The translations under genes and the position numbers were made by a program. From Nitrospirales bacterium (GTDB lineage: Bacteria; Nitrospirota; Nitrospiria; Nitrospirales; UBA8639), in assembly GCA_963555755.3 (NCBI GenBank), contig OY820905.2, positions 1,728,001 to 1,792,000 on the forward strand: a DNA stretch of 64,000 nucleotides. Direction: 5' to 3'. This document shows positions 9,577-18,973 of the stretch, in pieces. Each line of letters opens with the position of its first letter. Position 1 is the first letter of the stretch. A model generated the notes under the pieces. It saw only the letters and a list, made by a program, of their open reading frames with translations. It did not search any database and was not told the DNA's origin.

Positions 9577-11055
9577 GTGATCTGGAATCTGTTTGGACGC
9601 GGAAAGGGACCGGAACCTCCGCAAAAGGATTTGGGGCCCTATTCAAACTACCGGTTGGCTGTGAGACTCGAACTGACTCAGAAACTCGGAGTCTTTGCGG
9701 AAGTGGCCACACTGTTAGCGGAAGAAGGGGCCAGTCTTGGTGCGGCGGATATTGTCTCCGCGTCAAAATCTACCGTGGTCCGTGACATTACTTTTGACGC
9801 CAAAAACGAAGAGCATGGACAGAAAATATTAGAACTGTTGGACCTACTCGACGACGTGAAGGTCATTTCAGCCTCTGATCGTATTTTCATGATGCACGTG
9901 GGTGGGAAAATCCAGGTGAGCAGTAAGTTTCCCATCAACAACCGAAATACCCTTTCAATGGCGTATACGCCAGGCGTGGGTCGCGTCTGTCAAGCCATTG
10001 CCGGTGATCCATCTTTGGCCTATCGATTTACGAGTAAGGGCAACAGTATCGCCGTCGTCACCGACGGGTCCGCGGTTCTCGGACTAGGGAGTCTTGGTCC
10101 CGAAGCGGCACTGCCGGTCATGGAAGGGAAAGTCATGCTCTTCCACCAATTCGCAGGAATCGATGCCTGGCCGATTTGCCTGGATACCAGAGATCCGGAT
10201 GAAATCATCAAGATCGTGTCGGCCATCGCCCCAAGTTTTGGGGGCATCAACCTTGAAGATATTAGCGCTCCACGCTGCTTTGAGATTGAACGGCAATTGC
10301 AGGACAAGCTTGATATTCCGGTGATGCACGATGACCAACATGGAACTGCCGTCGTGGTTTTGGCCGCACTCCATAATGCGCTCACCGTGACCCACCGTCG
10401 GTTAGAGGATATCACGATTGTCGTGAATGGCCTTGGCGCAGCCGGCACCGCATGCTGCCAATTGCTCCTTGCTGCGGGACTCCAACACTTGAGAGGCTGT
10501 GACAAGCAGGGATTTGTCCTCAGAGGCGAGACGCAGGAACTGTATAATCGGCGCAATACCCTTCCTGCCATCATCCAATATGACAAACCCATTGGCACAT
10601 TGCGCGATGCGCTCCAAGGCGCGGACGTGTTCATCGGGCTTTCCACGGGGAATGTCTTGCAACCACAGGATCTTGATCTCATGGCTCAAGACCCCATCGT
10701 GTTTGCGCTCGCGAATCCCGACCCGGAATTAGCCCCTGAAGCCGCGCATAATCATTGCCGGATCTATGCGAGTGGTCGGTCGGACTACCCCAATCAGAGC
10801 AATAACTTATTGGCCTTTCCCGGAATCTTTCGAGGGGCGTTAGATGTTCAGGCCAGGACCATTAATGAATCCATGCAACTTGCTGCCGCTGGTGCCTTAG
10901 CTGATGTCATCCCTGCTTCATCCCTCAGTGAAGAATACATTATTCCGAGCGTCTTCAATAAACACGTGGTTCCAGCCGTGGCCCAAGCCGTCGCCAAGGC
11001 CGCACAAGAAACCGGCGTGGCCCGAAAAACGTCGCAACATCTGATAACAGAATAG
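9577..11055 (+). CDS. NAD(P)-dependent malic enzyme with N-terminal ACT domain (start uncertain: GTG 9577 or ATG 9520)
   Basis: AYTPGV, VTDGSAVLGLG, PVMEGK, INLEDI, HDDQHGTA, GLGAAG, ALANP, GRSDYPNQ motifs. Confidence 0.92.
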   Translation: MIWNLFGRGKGPEPPQKDLGPYSNYRLAVRLELTQKLGVFAEVATLLAEEGASLGAADIVSASKSTVVRDITFDAKNEEHGQKILELLDLLDDVKVISASDRIFMMHVGGKIQVSSKFPINNRNTLSMAYTPGVGRVCQAIAGDPSLAYRFTSKGNSIAVVTDGSAVLGLGSLGPEAALPVMEGKVMLFHQFAGIDAWPICLDTRDPDEIIKIVSAIAPSFGGINLEDISAPRCFEIERQLQDKLDIPVMHDDQHGTAVVVLAALHNALTVTHRRLEDITIVVNGLGAAGTACCQLLLAAGLQHLRGCDKQGFVLRGETQELYNRRNTLPAIIQYDKPIGTLRDALQGADVFIGLSTGNVLQPQDLDLMAQDPIVFALANPDPELAPEAAHNHCRIYASGRSDYPNQSNNLLAFPGIFRGALDVQARTINESMQLAAAGALADVIPASSLSEEYIIPSVFNKHVVPAVAQAVAKAAQETGVARKTSQHLITE

Positions 11056-11196
11056 GATGGGATAATCTTATCCTTCCCCTTCCCCACCACCGGTTTCGTT
11101 TTTACTACCATCACGTCACGAACTCTGACTCTCCGAGGCCCACTCCGGTGATGAGCACAGACGAAAATTCCTCCAGCCAGGGTTGAATACACTTCA

Positions 11197-11521
11197 ACCT
11201 AGAAACAGCAGTTGGATCACAAAAGTCCGAGAAAGCTCTTGGCGCACCTGATAAAATACAAAAAGGTCTCATCACCACTAAGGGTTCGCGCAACAATAAC
11301 TTTCCCTGTTTGGGTGCTGAGACACCTGTCTGGCAAGGCGCGAGGACTGCGCATACTCCTCGTATGGAAAGGACGAGCAACGCCGCCAGGCGGGATGGAT
11401 CGACGCCCAAACAGGGCAAGTTATTGTTGCGCGAGCCCTAAGGCAACCACGCCTTTTTGTCTTTCACCATGCACACCAATATCTTACACGTCTTTTTTGC
11501 GCCCAACTGCCGTTTCTAGGT
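11197..11521 (-). mobile_element. MITE family C copy 3 (inverted; hosts B3)
   Basis: Same TIRs as C2; TCA duplicated at 11194-11196 and 11522-11524. Confidence 0.88.
11282..11438 (+). mobile_element. MITE family B copy 3, nested in C3
   Basis: TAA-GGGTTCGCG...CGCGAGCCC-TAA. Confidence 0.9.
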
Positions 11522-11832
11522 TCAAAGCCAAAAACGGAACATGCATGCGAGCGCGTTCATAGGAAAACCGCAGCCCTCTTCACCTCCCAATAATACGGAG
11601 ATTCACCCATAAAGAATCTCTTCAGTTAGACCGAAAACTTGATGAGTCTAGAGTACTGATAGGTCTCCTCAATTGTTCATTGTTCGGTATGCTTGGGTGA
11701 GATCAGGCAATATTGGTGAAGGAGCAGGAAATGTGGCTCCATCGGGAGAAGACCGGATACTTCGGCACGAACAATGATTCATCGTTACTGAAGATATAGT
11801 AGGAAAAGATTCCCTTCCCTGAGATTCGCATT

Positions 11833-12615
11833 ATGGAATGTATTCTCTGTACAACGTCCATTGGACTAGTGGTAGGAACCTTGGTCGGGCTCACCGGCTT
11901 GGGAGGAGGCGTGGTCTTATTGCCACTTCTCATTTTCGGGTTGCAGACCCCTCCCATCATCGCCATAGGTTCTGGAGCCACATTTGCCACCGTGACCAAG
12001 ATCGGGGCCGCCATTGTCCACTGGCGCCATGGTAATGTTGATTGGAAACTCGCCGGAGCCATGGCCATCGGCAGCATACCTGGCGCCTTAATTGGCGTCG
12101 CACTCTTAGGCCACCTCCAATCGCAATACGGAGAATCTGTCAATGGGATCCTGACAACCATGATTGGGGTCTTGTTGCTTACTATCCCCTTTCTCTTACT
12201 GTTCCAGGGCCATCTTGAGAAAAATGGCGGCCTCTCCTTACGGGAACGGCTCCCTGGATATCTCACCCGGTATAACGGAGCTTTTTTTATTGGAATCGAA
12301 GGAGGCTTACTCGTCGGACTCACATCGGTCGGGGCGGGGAGCGTGATTATTTTGTTCTTGCTCCTCTTCTATCGGCTCACACCCAAGATCATGATCGGGA
12401 CCGATATTGTACATGCCGTCATGCTGACAGGGGTGACGGGACTCGCTCATATGAAATTAGGCACGGTCGATTTCAGTTTAGTCGGCTGGCTGATCTTAGG
12501 CTCCGTGCCAGGAGTTTTCGTAGGCTCAGTCTTAACAAAAGTCATCTCAGGCGAGTGGTTAAAAAGAGGCCTCATGATTATCTTAGTCTCAACAGGGATC
12601 ACGATGCTCATATGA
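11833..12615 (+). CDS. TSUP / sulfite exporter TauE-SafE family membrane protein
   Basis: GLTGLGGG and GLTSVGAG repeats, GTD motif, many hydrophobic segments. Confidence 0.88.
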   Translation: MECILCTTSIGLVVGTLVGLTGLGGGVVLLPLLIFGLQTPPIIAIGSGATFATVTKIGAAIVHWRHGNVDWKLAGAMAIGSIPGALIGVALLGHLQSQYGESVNGILTTMIGVLLLTIPFLLLFQGHLEKNGGLSLRERLPGYLTRYNGAFFIGIEGGLLVGLTSVGAGSVIILFLLLFYRLTPKIMIGTDIVHAVMLTGVTGLAHMKLGTVDFSLVGWLILGSVPGVFVGSVLTKVISGEWLKRGLMIILVSTGITMLI

Positions 12616-12683
12616 GTAGGCCAACGCCAGAAATGTCCTCAGTCGATGAGAGTTTTTCTCTCGTCATTCCAAATGAGCTCCAT

Positions 12684-12788
12684 AAACTCGAAATACGAAT
12701 ATCGAATTCCGAAACAAATCCGAAATTCGAATTTTTCAATTTGGTCATTCTCATTTGTTTCGGATTTCGATATTCGAGCTTCGGATTT
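12684..12788. repeat. Palindromic heptamer-repeat element G1
   Basis: AAACTCG AAATACG AATATCG AATTCCG AAACAAAT ... mirrored by ATTTGTTTCGGATTTCGATATTCGAGCTTCGGATTT. Confidence 0.8.
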
Positions 12789-12804
12789 ACTCTATTCGAT
12801 GAAC

Positions 12805-15516
12805 TTATCCTGGAAATGCATCCACGGCTTGGCGAAGGGTTTCTCGGATTTTCTCACAGGCGGTGACATCCTCGATCTTTTCCCCTTCGGATCCCGTGAC
12901 ATAAAACACATCGACGACTTGATCGAGCCGAGTCGCTATCCTTGCTGCATGGATGGATAACCCTAACTCAAACACTGTCCGCGCAATCACCGCCAATAAT
13001 CCCTGACGATCATCGGCAAACACATCGATAATCGTCATTTGATCAGAGGTTTCATTATCGATCTGGACATCAGCCGGTTTAGGGGTAACCGGGAAAGGCC
13101 GCTCGAACGTCAGACGTTGACTCCGCTTGGATAAATTAGCGATCGATTCGTTTCCACACAAAACATCAAGGATCGCTCTCCCAACCTTCTGGCGCTTCTG
13201 TTCAGTGGGTGCCCCATCAAAGTCCCGATCGTGAACAAAAAACGAATCAAACACAATGCCATCATGTCTGGTCATAATTTGAGCATCGAGGACATGCAGC
13301 CCCAACGCGGCCAGCACCCCGGTCACGTTCATGAAAATCCCTGGGGTCACATGATCTCGAGCAATCAGGGTATACTCACACACACGCAGGTCAGCATGAT
13401 ACGCCGACTCCACAACCGCACTCGTCATAGGAAGCCGTTGCAAGGCTTGTAAGTGCACGGCCATCCGATCGCGAGGGGTTCCCGACAAATACCGCAGGGG
13501 GAACCTTTCTAATTGATCCTCAACCCAATCTTGACGAGCATCAGAAGATGGTGTGGTGCCGTCGCCAGGTCCAGGCGCCAAACCTGTTGAGTTCCACAGA
13601 CTCAGAACTTCCGTGGCAACCTCTTTGATATTCTTGGTCACGTCAACAGCTTCACGTCCACCGGACACCTCCGGCAGCGTTCGTAAATACAGTTCGATTA
13701 ATAACGACTCTTTCCATTTGGTCAGCGTACCAGGCCCCACAGCTGCAATATCGGCCGCCGTCAGCAGCAGCAATTTCTTCAACAGAGCCGGTGTACCCAC
13801 AGCCCGTGAGAACTTCAGCAACACCTTCTCATCATAAGGATCACGTCGAAAGGCCGTGTGGGACATGAGCAAGTGGTGAAACACAAGATACTCTAACGTG
13901 CGAGTCTCCTGCTGGTCCAATTGCAATCGTGAGGCCATATCTCGCGCAATTCCTTGTCCCACTTCACTGTGATCTTCAGGAAGACCTTTCCCAATATCAT
14001 GCAGCAGCGCTGCTAAATGCAAAAGGTCCTTCTGCTGAATTTCGTGATACACATCGTGAAATATTCCCTCTTGGCGTCCTAATCGCTCCACCTCCCGCAC
14101 CGCAAACAGGCTATGTTCGTCAACAGTATACTTGTGATATTGATTAAACTGCATGAGCCCACGGACACGACTAAAGGCCGGGACAAGTTTCTCCAACACG
14201 CGGGCTTGATGCATCAGCATTAATGTCTGCGCCACGGAACCCGGTCCGGAGAGGATGTCCCGAAAAGCCTGTCTCGCGGATGGCGTGCAGAACACATCAT
14301 CGGACACGGTGTCCATATGTCGGTGAATTTCTTCGATTGTGAACCCGTCAATGGCGAGACCGCGTTCCTGAGACAGCTTGAACAGATTGAGCAACCGTCC
14401 AGGATCACGTAGGACGTCGAGAAGCTTGTCTTGAGGAACGAAGAGGCTAGACTCGGACAAGGAGAAATACCCGTTAACCAAAGGCCGCGGCCACCATCCC
14501 TTGACACGATTCCACAAGGATTGGCCTTGAGAACGATCGACAAACCGGACACACCGATCATAGATTCCCATGGTATGCCGATAATACACCTGCATGAACT
14601 GTTCAACGGCAAGCAGATGGGCTTGGTCATGAAACCCAAACTCTTTGGCTAACCGGACTTGTTCCTCAAACGAAAGAATGTCCTGCGCACGCCCGGCTTC
14701 AAGGTGCAAAAACGTGCGAACCTTCCATAAGAACTCTCGAGCCTCAATCAACGCGGTATAATCCTGATGAGCCAGAATGCCGCGATTGGCCAGATCCTGT
14801 AACGTGGCCGCTTGATATTTAGCCATGCCTACCCATTGCAGCAAATGCAGATCGCGCAATCCCCCCTTGGTCTTCTTGATGTTGGGTTCGAGCAAATAAA
14901 TGGTCTCGCCAAATTTGGCATAATCGCGTGTTCGTTCTTCGACCTTCTCTCGAATGAACGTGTCGACGCGCCGACCCAAAATACGTCGCGCAAAGCGTCG
15001 CCGAAATTCCTGAAAGACGGAAGCCCCTCCTGTCAGAAATCGCGATTCCATGAGAGCCGTTTTCACGGCTAAATCTTCTTCTGCCAGGACCAAGCAATCC
15101 TGAATGGACCGAACACTATGCCCCACTTGAAATCCTAAATCCCACAGATGATGGAACACCTGAGTGGACAGCGTGTTGACGACCTTCTCCCCCCCGGCGC
15201 TATAGAGTACCATTACATCGATATCCGAATAGGGTGATAGCTCCCGACGTCCATACCCACCGACCGCCACCAGGCAACACTGTTGTATCCCAACAGCCAC
15301 AGCCCCGACTTGCTGACGGAGAACGTTTCGATATCGAGCCATCAAGACGGAATCGACTAAGTCCGTAAAGCCAGCTACGACTTCAGAACCCGATGCTCCA
15401 TCCCTCAACCGTTGGCACAGACCATCACGCCGCTCTCGGAGCACAGCCTGAGTCGTTGTCAGCTCCTCCTCACCAGAAATAGATTCCGAGGGTTCAGATC
15501 GCGTTGAAAACTTCAT
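12805..15516 (-). CDS. glnD: [Protein-PII] uridylyltransferase / uridylyl-removing enzyme
   Basis: AVGGYGRRELSPYSDID, EPNIKKTKGGLRD, HKYTVDEH, LLHDIGKG, two C-terminal ACT domains. Confidence 0.96.
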   Translation of the reverse strand: MKFSTRSEPSESISGEEELTTTQAVLRERRDGLCQRLRDGASGSEVVAGFTDLVDSVLMARYRNVLRQQVGAVAVGIQQCCLVAVGGYGRRELSPYSDIDVMVLYSAGGEKVVNTLSTQVFHHLWDLGFQVGHSVRSIQDCLVLAEEDLAVKTALMESRFLTGGASVFQEFRRRFARRILGRRVDTFIREKVEERTRDYAKFGETIYLLEPNIKKTKGGLRDLHLLQWVGMAKYQAATLQDLANRGILAHQDYTALIEAREFLWKVRTFLHLEAGRAQDILSFEEQVRLAKEFGFHDQAHLLAVEQFMQVYYRHTMGIYDRCVRFVDRSQGQSLWNRVKGWWPRPLVNGYFSLSESSLFVPQDKLLDVLRDPGRLLNLFKLSQERGLAIDGFTIEEIHRHMDTVSDDVFCTPSARQAFRDILSGPGSVAQTLMLMHQARVLEKLVPAFSRVRGLMQFNQYHKYTVDEHSLFAVREVERLGRQEGIFHDVYHEIQQKDLLHLAALLHDIGKGLPEDHSEVGQGIARDMASRLQLDQQETRTLEYLVFHHLLMSHTAFRRDPYDEKVLLKFSRAVGTPALLKKLLLLTAADIAAVGPGTLTKWKESLLIELYLRTLPEVSGGREAVDVTKNIKEVATEVLSLWNSTGLAPGPGDGTTPSSDARQDWVEDQLERFPLRYLSGTPRDRMAVHLQALQRLPMTSAVVESAYHADLRVCEYTLIARDHVTPGIFMNVTGVLAALGLHVLDAQIMTRHDGIVFDSFFVHDRDFDGAPTEQKRQKVGRAILDVLCGNESIANLSKRSQRLTFERPFPVTPKPADVQIDNETSDQMTIIDVFADDRQGLLAVIARTVFELGLSIHAARIATRLDQVVDVFYVTGSEGEKIEDVTACEKIRETLRQAVDAFPG

Positions 15517-15563
15517 GCCACTTTTCTCTTCGTTCCTTTTAGTATCCGCTCAAATAGAGTTTT

Positions 15564-15723
15564 AAATCCGAAAAACGAATCTCGAAATCCGAAACAAATC
15601 CGAAATCTTAAATTCGAATGCTTCACATTAGGCACGGCAATTTGTTTCGAATTTCGCCATTCGAACTTCCTCATTTTGGTCATTAAAATTTGTTTCGAAT
15701 TTCGGGATTCGGATTTCGAATTT
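15564..15723. repeat. Palindromic heptamer-repeat element G2
   Basis: AAATCCG AAAAACG AATCTCG AAATCCG AAACAAAT ... ATTTGTTTCGAATTTCGGGATTCGGATTTCGAATTT; shares TTTGGTCATT with G1. Confidence 0.8.
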
Positions 15724-15730
15724 TTTCATA

Positions 15731-17524
15731 TTAATGTTTGACGTATCGATTGGTGATGGGCATCCGCCTATCTTTCCCCAGAGCTCGCTGCGTGATCTTG
15801 ATGCCAATCGGCGCCTGCCGCCGTTTATATTCGCTTCGATCCACCATGGCCATCACACCTCGAACGGTTTGGGATTTCATGCCGAGCTTTACGATCTCAG
15901 GCAATGAACGATCCTCTTCCACATACGCCTCTAAAATCCGATCGAGGACATCGTATGGCGGCAACGTATCTTGATCAATTTGATCGGGCTTTAACTCCGC
16001 CGAAGGAGCTCGTTCCATGATTCGAACGGGAATCAGATCCTTCCCGTGTTGTTCGTACGCCCGACGGTTCCGATATCGTGCCAGCTCATACACCAGCATT
16101 TTCGGCACATCTTTAATCACAGCAAACCCACCTGCCATATCGCCGTACAGGGTGGCATAGCCAACGCTCATTTCACTTTTGTTCCCGGTCGTGAGGACCA
16201 AATGTCCAAATTTATTCGACAAGGCCATTAAGAGGGTCCCTCGAATTCTGGCCTGGAGATTTTCCTCAGTTGTATCGTGGGGTCTAGTCCCGAAAGCCGG
16301 TGCCAATAGAGTCACAAATTGCTTCCACACTCCTGCAATCGAAATCGTGAGTAATGTACACTTGAGTGCTTTCATCAGCGCTCGGGAATCGTCCCGACTT
16401 TCCCGAGAGGTAAACTTCGAAGGCATGAACACACCGGTGACATTGTCCGGGCCTATCGCATCAGCCGCGATCACCGCCGTGAGAGCCGAATCAATGCCTC
16501 CGCTGATCCCGATGACTACGATAGAAAAACGGTTCTTCCGTACATAGTCTCGCACTCCTGTCACTAGAGCAAGGTAGACTTCCTCCAACGGGTCCAGCTT
16601 CGAGATGGGATGGCGAATAATTGCCTTCTTTTCCTGGTGTCGAGCGTTCCTTGTAGCCACAACTTTTTTGATGGGATAGTGGACAGCCGCTCGTCCTTTT
16701 TCCGGTTTTCCGGCAACGACCAGTCTAGAGGGCGTATCCTCAAATTGAAGATCCGCAACGACAAGATCCTCTTCAAAGGCTTTCCCCCGAGTCATGATAC
16801 GTCCCTTGCCATCCACCAACACGCTATTGCCATCAAAGACCATTTCATCCTGCCCACCTACCATGTTGGTGTAACTCACCATGACACCATTTTCTCGAGC
16901 CCGTTGCGATAACATCCGTTCACGAACAGCGCTTTTCCCCTTGTGATAGGGGGACGCATTGATATTAATGATCAATTCGGCATGCCCACAACGAACTTGA
17001 TCTCGCGTGGGTCCATCCGGGTACCAGATGTCTTCACAAATATTGACGCCCACTCGAATGCCATCGACCACACAAACCAACGCCTGACGACCCGGATGGA
17101 AATACCGGCTTTCATCAAAGACGCCATAATTCGGTAACAACGACTTATGACAGGTCGCGACAATTTTACGATCGTGTATCACCGCTGCCGCATTAAAATT
17201 TGGGCGGGGTCCTGAAGGAACCACCAACGACGTCGTGGGCTTCACACTCCTTGCCTTTCCCTCTTCCACAAAACCAACCACCACCGTGAGGTGACGACAT
17301 TGTTTTACGAATTGATCCAGAGCCTGACGTGTATCGTGGAGAAAACTGGGGCGAAGAAGAAGATCTTCTGGCGGGTATCCGGTGATCGCCAACTCGGGAA
17401 AGACCACCAGATTAGCCTCCACCCGACGGGCTTCCTTCAGCCATCGCGTCATCGCCCGAACATTTCCCTTCAAATCCCCAACAATCGAGTTCATCTGGAC
17501 CATGGCAATTCGGCAAAGTCGCAT
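15731..17524 (-). CDS. nadE: Glutamine-dependent NAD+ synthetase
   Basis: Nitrilase-like domain (FPEL, ICEDIW) plus SGGIDS, ENLQARIR, TGNKSE, SAEL; probable start MRLCRIA at 17524, not the longer ORF-track start. Confidence 0.95.
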   Translation of the reverse strand: MRLCRIAMVQMNSIVGDLKGNVRAMTRWLKEARRVEANLVVFPELAITGYPPEDLLLRPSFLHDTRQALDQFVKQCRHLTVVVGFVEEGKARSVKPTTSLVVPSGPRPNFNAAAVIHDRKIVATCHKSLLPNYGVFDESRYFHPGRQALVCVVDGIRVGVNICEDIWYPDGPTRDQVRCGHAELIININASPYHKGKSAVRERMLSQRARENGVMVSYTNMVGGQDEMVFDGNSVLVDGKGRIMTRGKAFEEDLVVADLQFEDTPSRLVVAGKPEKGRAAVHYPIKKVVATRNARHQEKKAIIRHPISKLDPLEEVYLALVTGVRDYVRKNRFSIVVIGISGGIDSALTAVIAADAIGPDNVTGVFMPSKFTSRESRDDSRALMKALKCTLLTISIAGVWKQFVTLLAPAFGTRPHDTTEENLQARIRGTLLMALSNKFGHLVLTTGNKSEMSVGYATLYGDMAGGFAVIKDVPKMLVYELARYRNRRAYEQHGKDLIPVRIMERAPSAELKPDQIDQDTLPPYDVLDRILEAYVEEDRSLPEIVKLGMKSQTVRGVMAMVDRSEYKRRQAPIGIKITQRALGKDRRMPITNRYVKH

Positions 17525-17527
17525 AGC

Positions 17528-17566
17528 AAAAAAAAACGTCCTCATTCCTTTAGGAAATGAAGGACG
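17528..17566 (-). terminator. Intrinsic terminator (attenuator) in nadE leader
   Basis: Minus strand CGTCCTTCATTTCC-TAAA-GGAATGAGGACG followed by T9, 3 nt before the ATG. Confidence 0.88.
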
Positions 17567-17594
17567 CCTTTGTCCACACACCATAACATTAGGG
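17562..17594 (-). promoter_or_regulatory. ANTAR-target dual-hairpin RNA motif
   Basis: Minus strand CCCT-AATGTT-ATGG (imperfect P1), 5-nt linker, GGAC-AAAGGC-GTCC (P2); both 6-nt loops have A1/G4; P2 overlaps the terminator 5' arm. Confidence 0.8.
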
Positions 17595-17624
17595 GATATT
17601 CCCCCTCCTCGTTTCTTGCCCTCG

Positions 17625-17654
17625 CTTGTAACAAGGTCAGCGTGACACTGTCAA
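17625..17654 (-). promoter_or_regulatory. Candidate sigma70 promoter for nadE
   Basis: TTGACA-18 nt-TACAAG with TG extension, ~30 nt before P1. Confidence 0.55.
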
Positions 17655-17664
17655 GCTAAGGGGC

Positions 17665-18918
17665 CTATCCTTCCAATTCCCCAGCGAGAATAATGGCTTC
17701 GGCAATCTCTCGCATGGATTTCCGCATATTCATGCTTTGACGTTGAATCAGGCGAAACGCTTCGCCTTCAGACATCTTCCGTGACTGCATGAGGTGCCCC
17801 TTGGCCCGCTCCACTAACTTACGGACGGCCAACGCTTCTTGCATCTCAAAAGATTTATCCACAAGCCGCGTATGCTCAATCGCCACCGCCGCTTGATTGG
17901 CAATGGCCTGAATAATCTTAACCTCTTCAGCTTTAAAACTATGAACCGTTGAGGTATAGACATTAAGCACCCCAATGACCTGGTCCTTGCTCATCATGGG
18001 AACCGACAACAACGAGCATAGGCCTTCTTGTTTGGCTAAATCTCGATAATGAAAATCTTCTTCCTTCGTCACCTCTGAAACATAAATCGGGCGCTGCTCC
18101 TTCACGGCACGACCACTGACACTTTGTCCAATCTTCAACGACGGCTTTCGTCGATACGCCTCACTGAGGCTTTGCGTCGCCGCAATCCGCAGCTCACCGC
18201 TGGGCTCATCTACCAACATGAGCGAACAAATTTTTGACTTCATCATTTCCGCCGTCATGGTCACGATTAATTCCAATACATCATCAATGAGTCGATTAGA
18301 TGACACGGTTTCAGATACTTGAGACAGGGTATCCAATTGAAGGGCTTGTCGACGCATTTCTTCATACAACCGAGCATTCTCAATCGCCCCACCCACCTGG
18401 TTGGCAATGGTTGATAACAACGCCAACTCCGCGTCGTGATACCGCTTGGTTCGTTTGTGCTGAATATTAATCACGCCCACAACATGGCCTTGCGTGACAA
18501 TGGGAAGCGACACAAACGCTTGATAGCGATCTTCAGGTAAATTGTGGAAAAATCGGAATCGGGGATCGTCACTGGCATTGCGAGGAATCACGACACGAAC
18601 TTTCTCTTGCGCAACCCATCCCGTAATTCCTTCCCCAAGCCCGAGAGATGTTCGTCCAATCAATTTAGGATGCGGGTTCTTCGAGGCCCTCAAGATCAGT
18701 TCATCACGATTCGGGGAAACTAAATACAGCAAACACGAGTCGGCTTTGGTTACCTCCACGACGACTTCGACGATATGTTTTAGCACGGATTGTAAATCTA
18801 ACGTGCTGCTAATGGACTCGCTGATCCGATATAACACTTCCACTTCGCGAGTGCGTTCGCGAAGGACCACTGTGACATCTTTTGAGGGTCGACGTGGTTT
18901 GGCTTTGGTTACACTCAT
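17665..18918 (-). CDS. GAF-GAF-ANTAR RNA-binding regulator
   Basis: Two GAF repeats (GEGITGWVA; GQSVSGRAV; AIANQAAVAIE) and C-terminal RKLVERAKGHLM...EAFRLIQRQSMNMRKSMREIAEAII ANTAR motif. Confidence 0.92.
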   Translation of the reverse strand: MSVTKAKPRRPSKDVTVVLRERTREVEVLYRISESISSTLDLQSVLKHIVEVVVEVTKADSCLLYLVSPNRDELILRASKNPHPKLIGRTSLGLGEGITGWVAQEKVRVVIPRNASDDPRFRFFHNLPEDRYQAFVSLPIVTQGHVVGVINIQHKRTKRYHDAELALLSTIANQVGGAIENARLYEEMRRQALQLDTLSQVSETVSSNRLIDDVLELIVTMTAEMMKSKICSLMLVDEPSGELRIAATQSLSEAYRRKPSLKIGQSVSGRAVKEQRPIYVSEVTKEEDFHYRDLAKQEGLCSLLSVPMMSKDQVIGVLNVYTSTVHSFKAEEVKIIQAIANQAAVAIEHTRLVDKSFEMQEALAVRKLVERAKGHLMQSRKMSEGEAFRLIQRQSMNMRKSMREIAEAIILAGELEG

Positions 18919-18973
18919 GAAGCCCTACGTGCCACAGTGAAAAGGGTTGTAATTTTTGACACACAACTCGCTA

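Noticed and set aside
11145..11170. Hammerhead-like GTGATGAG...CGAAA
   Set aside because: Lacks the core C of CUGAUGA, stem II is one pair, and no stem I/III partner found
5049..11521. Composite transposon formed by inverted C2 and C3 around the ATP-grasp operon
   Set aside because: Each copy has its own duplication (TAA/TAA versus TCA/TCA) and the outer flanks differ, so they are independent insertions
17525..17584. Longer nadE N-terminus (MVCGQ...)
   Set aside because: It runs through the ANTAR hairpin and terminator; protein similarity starts at MRLCRIA
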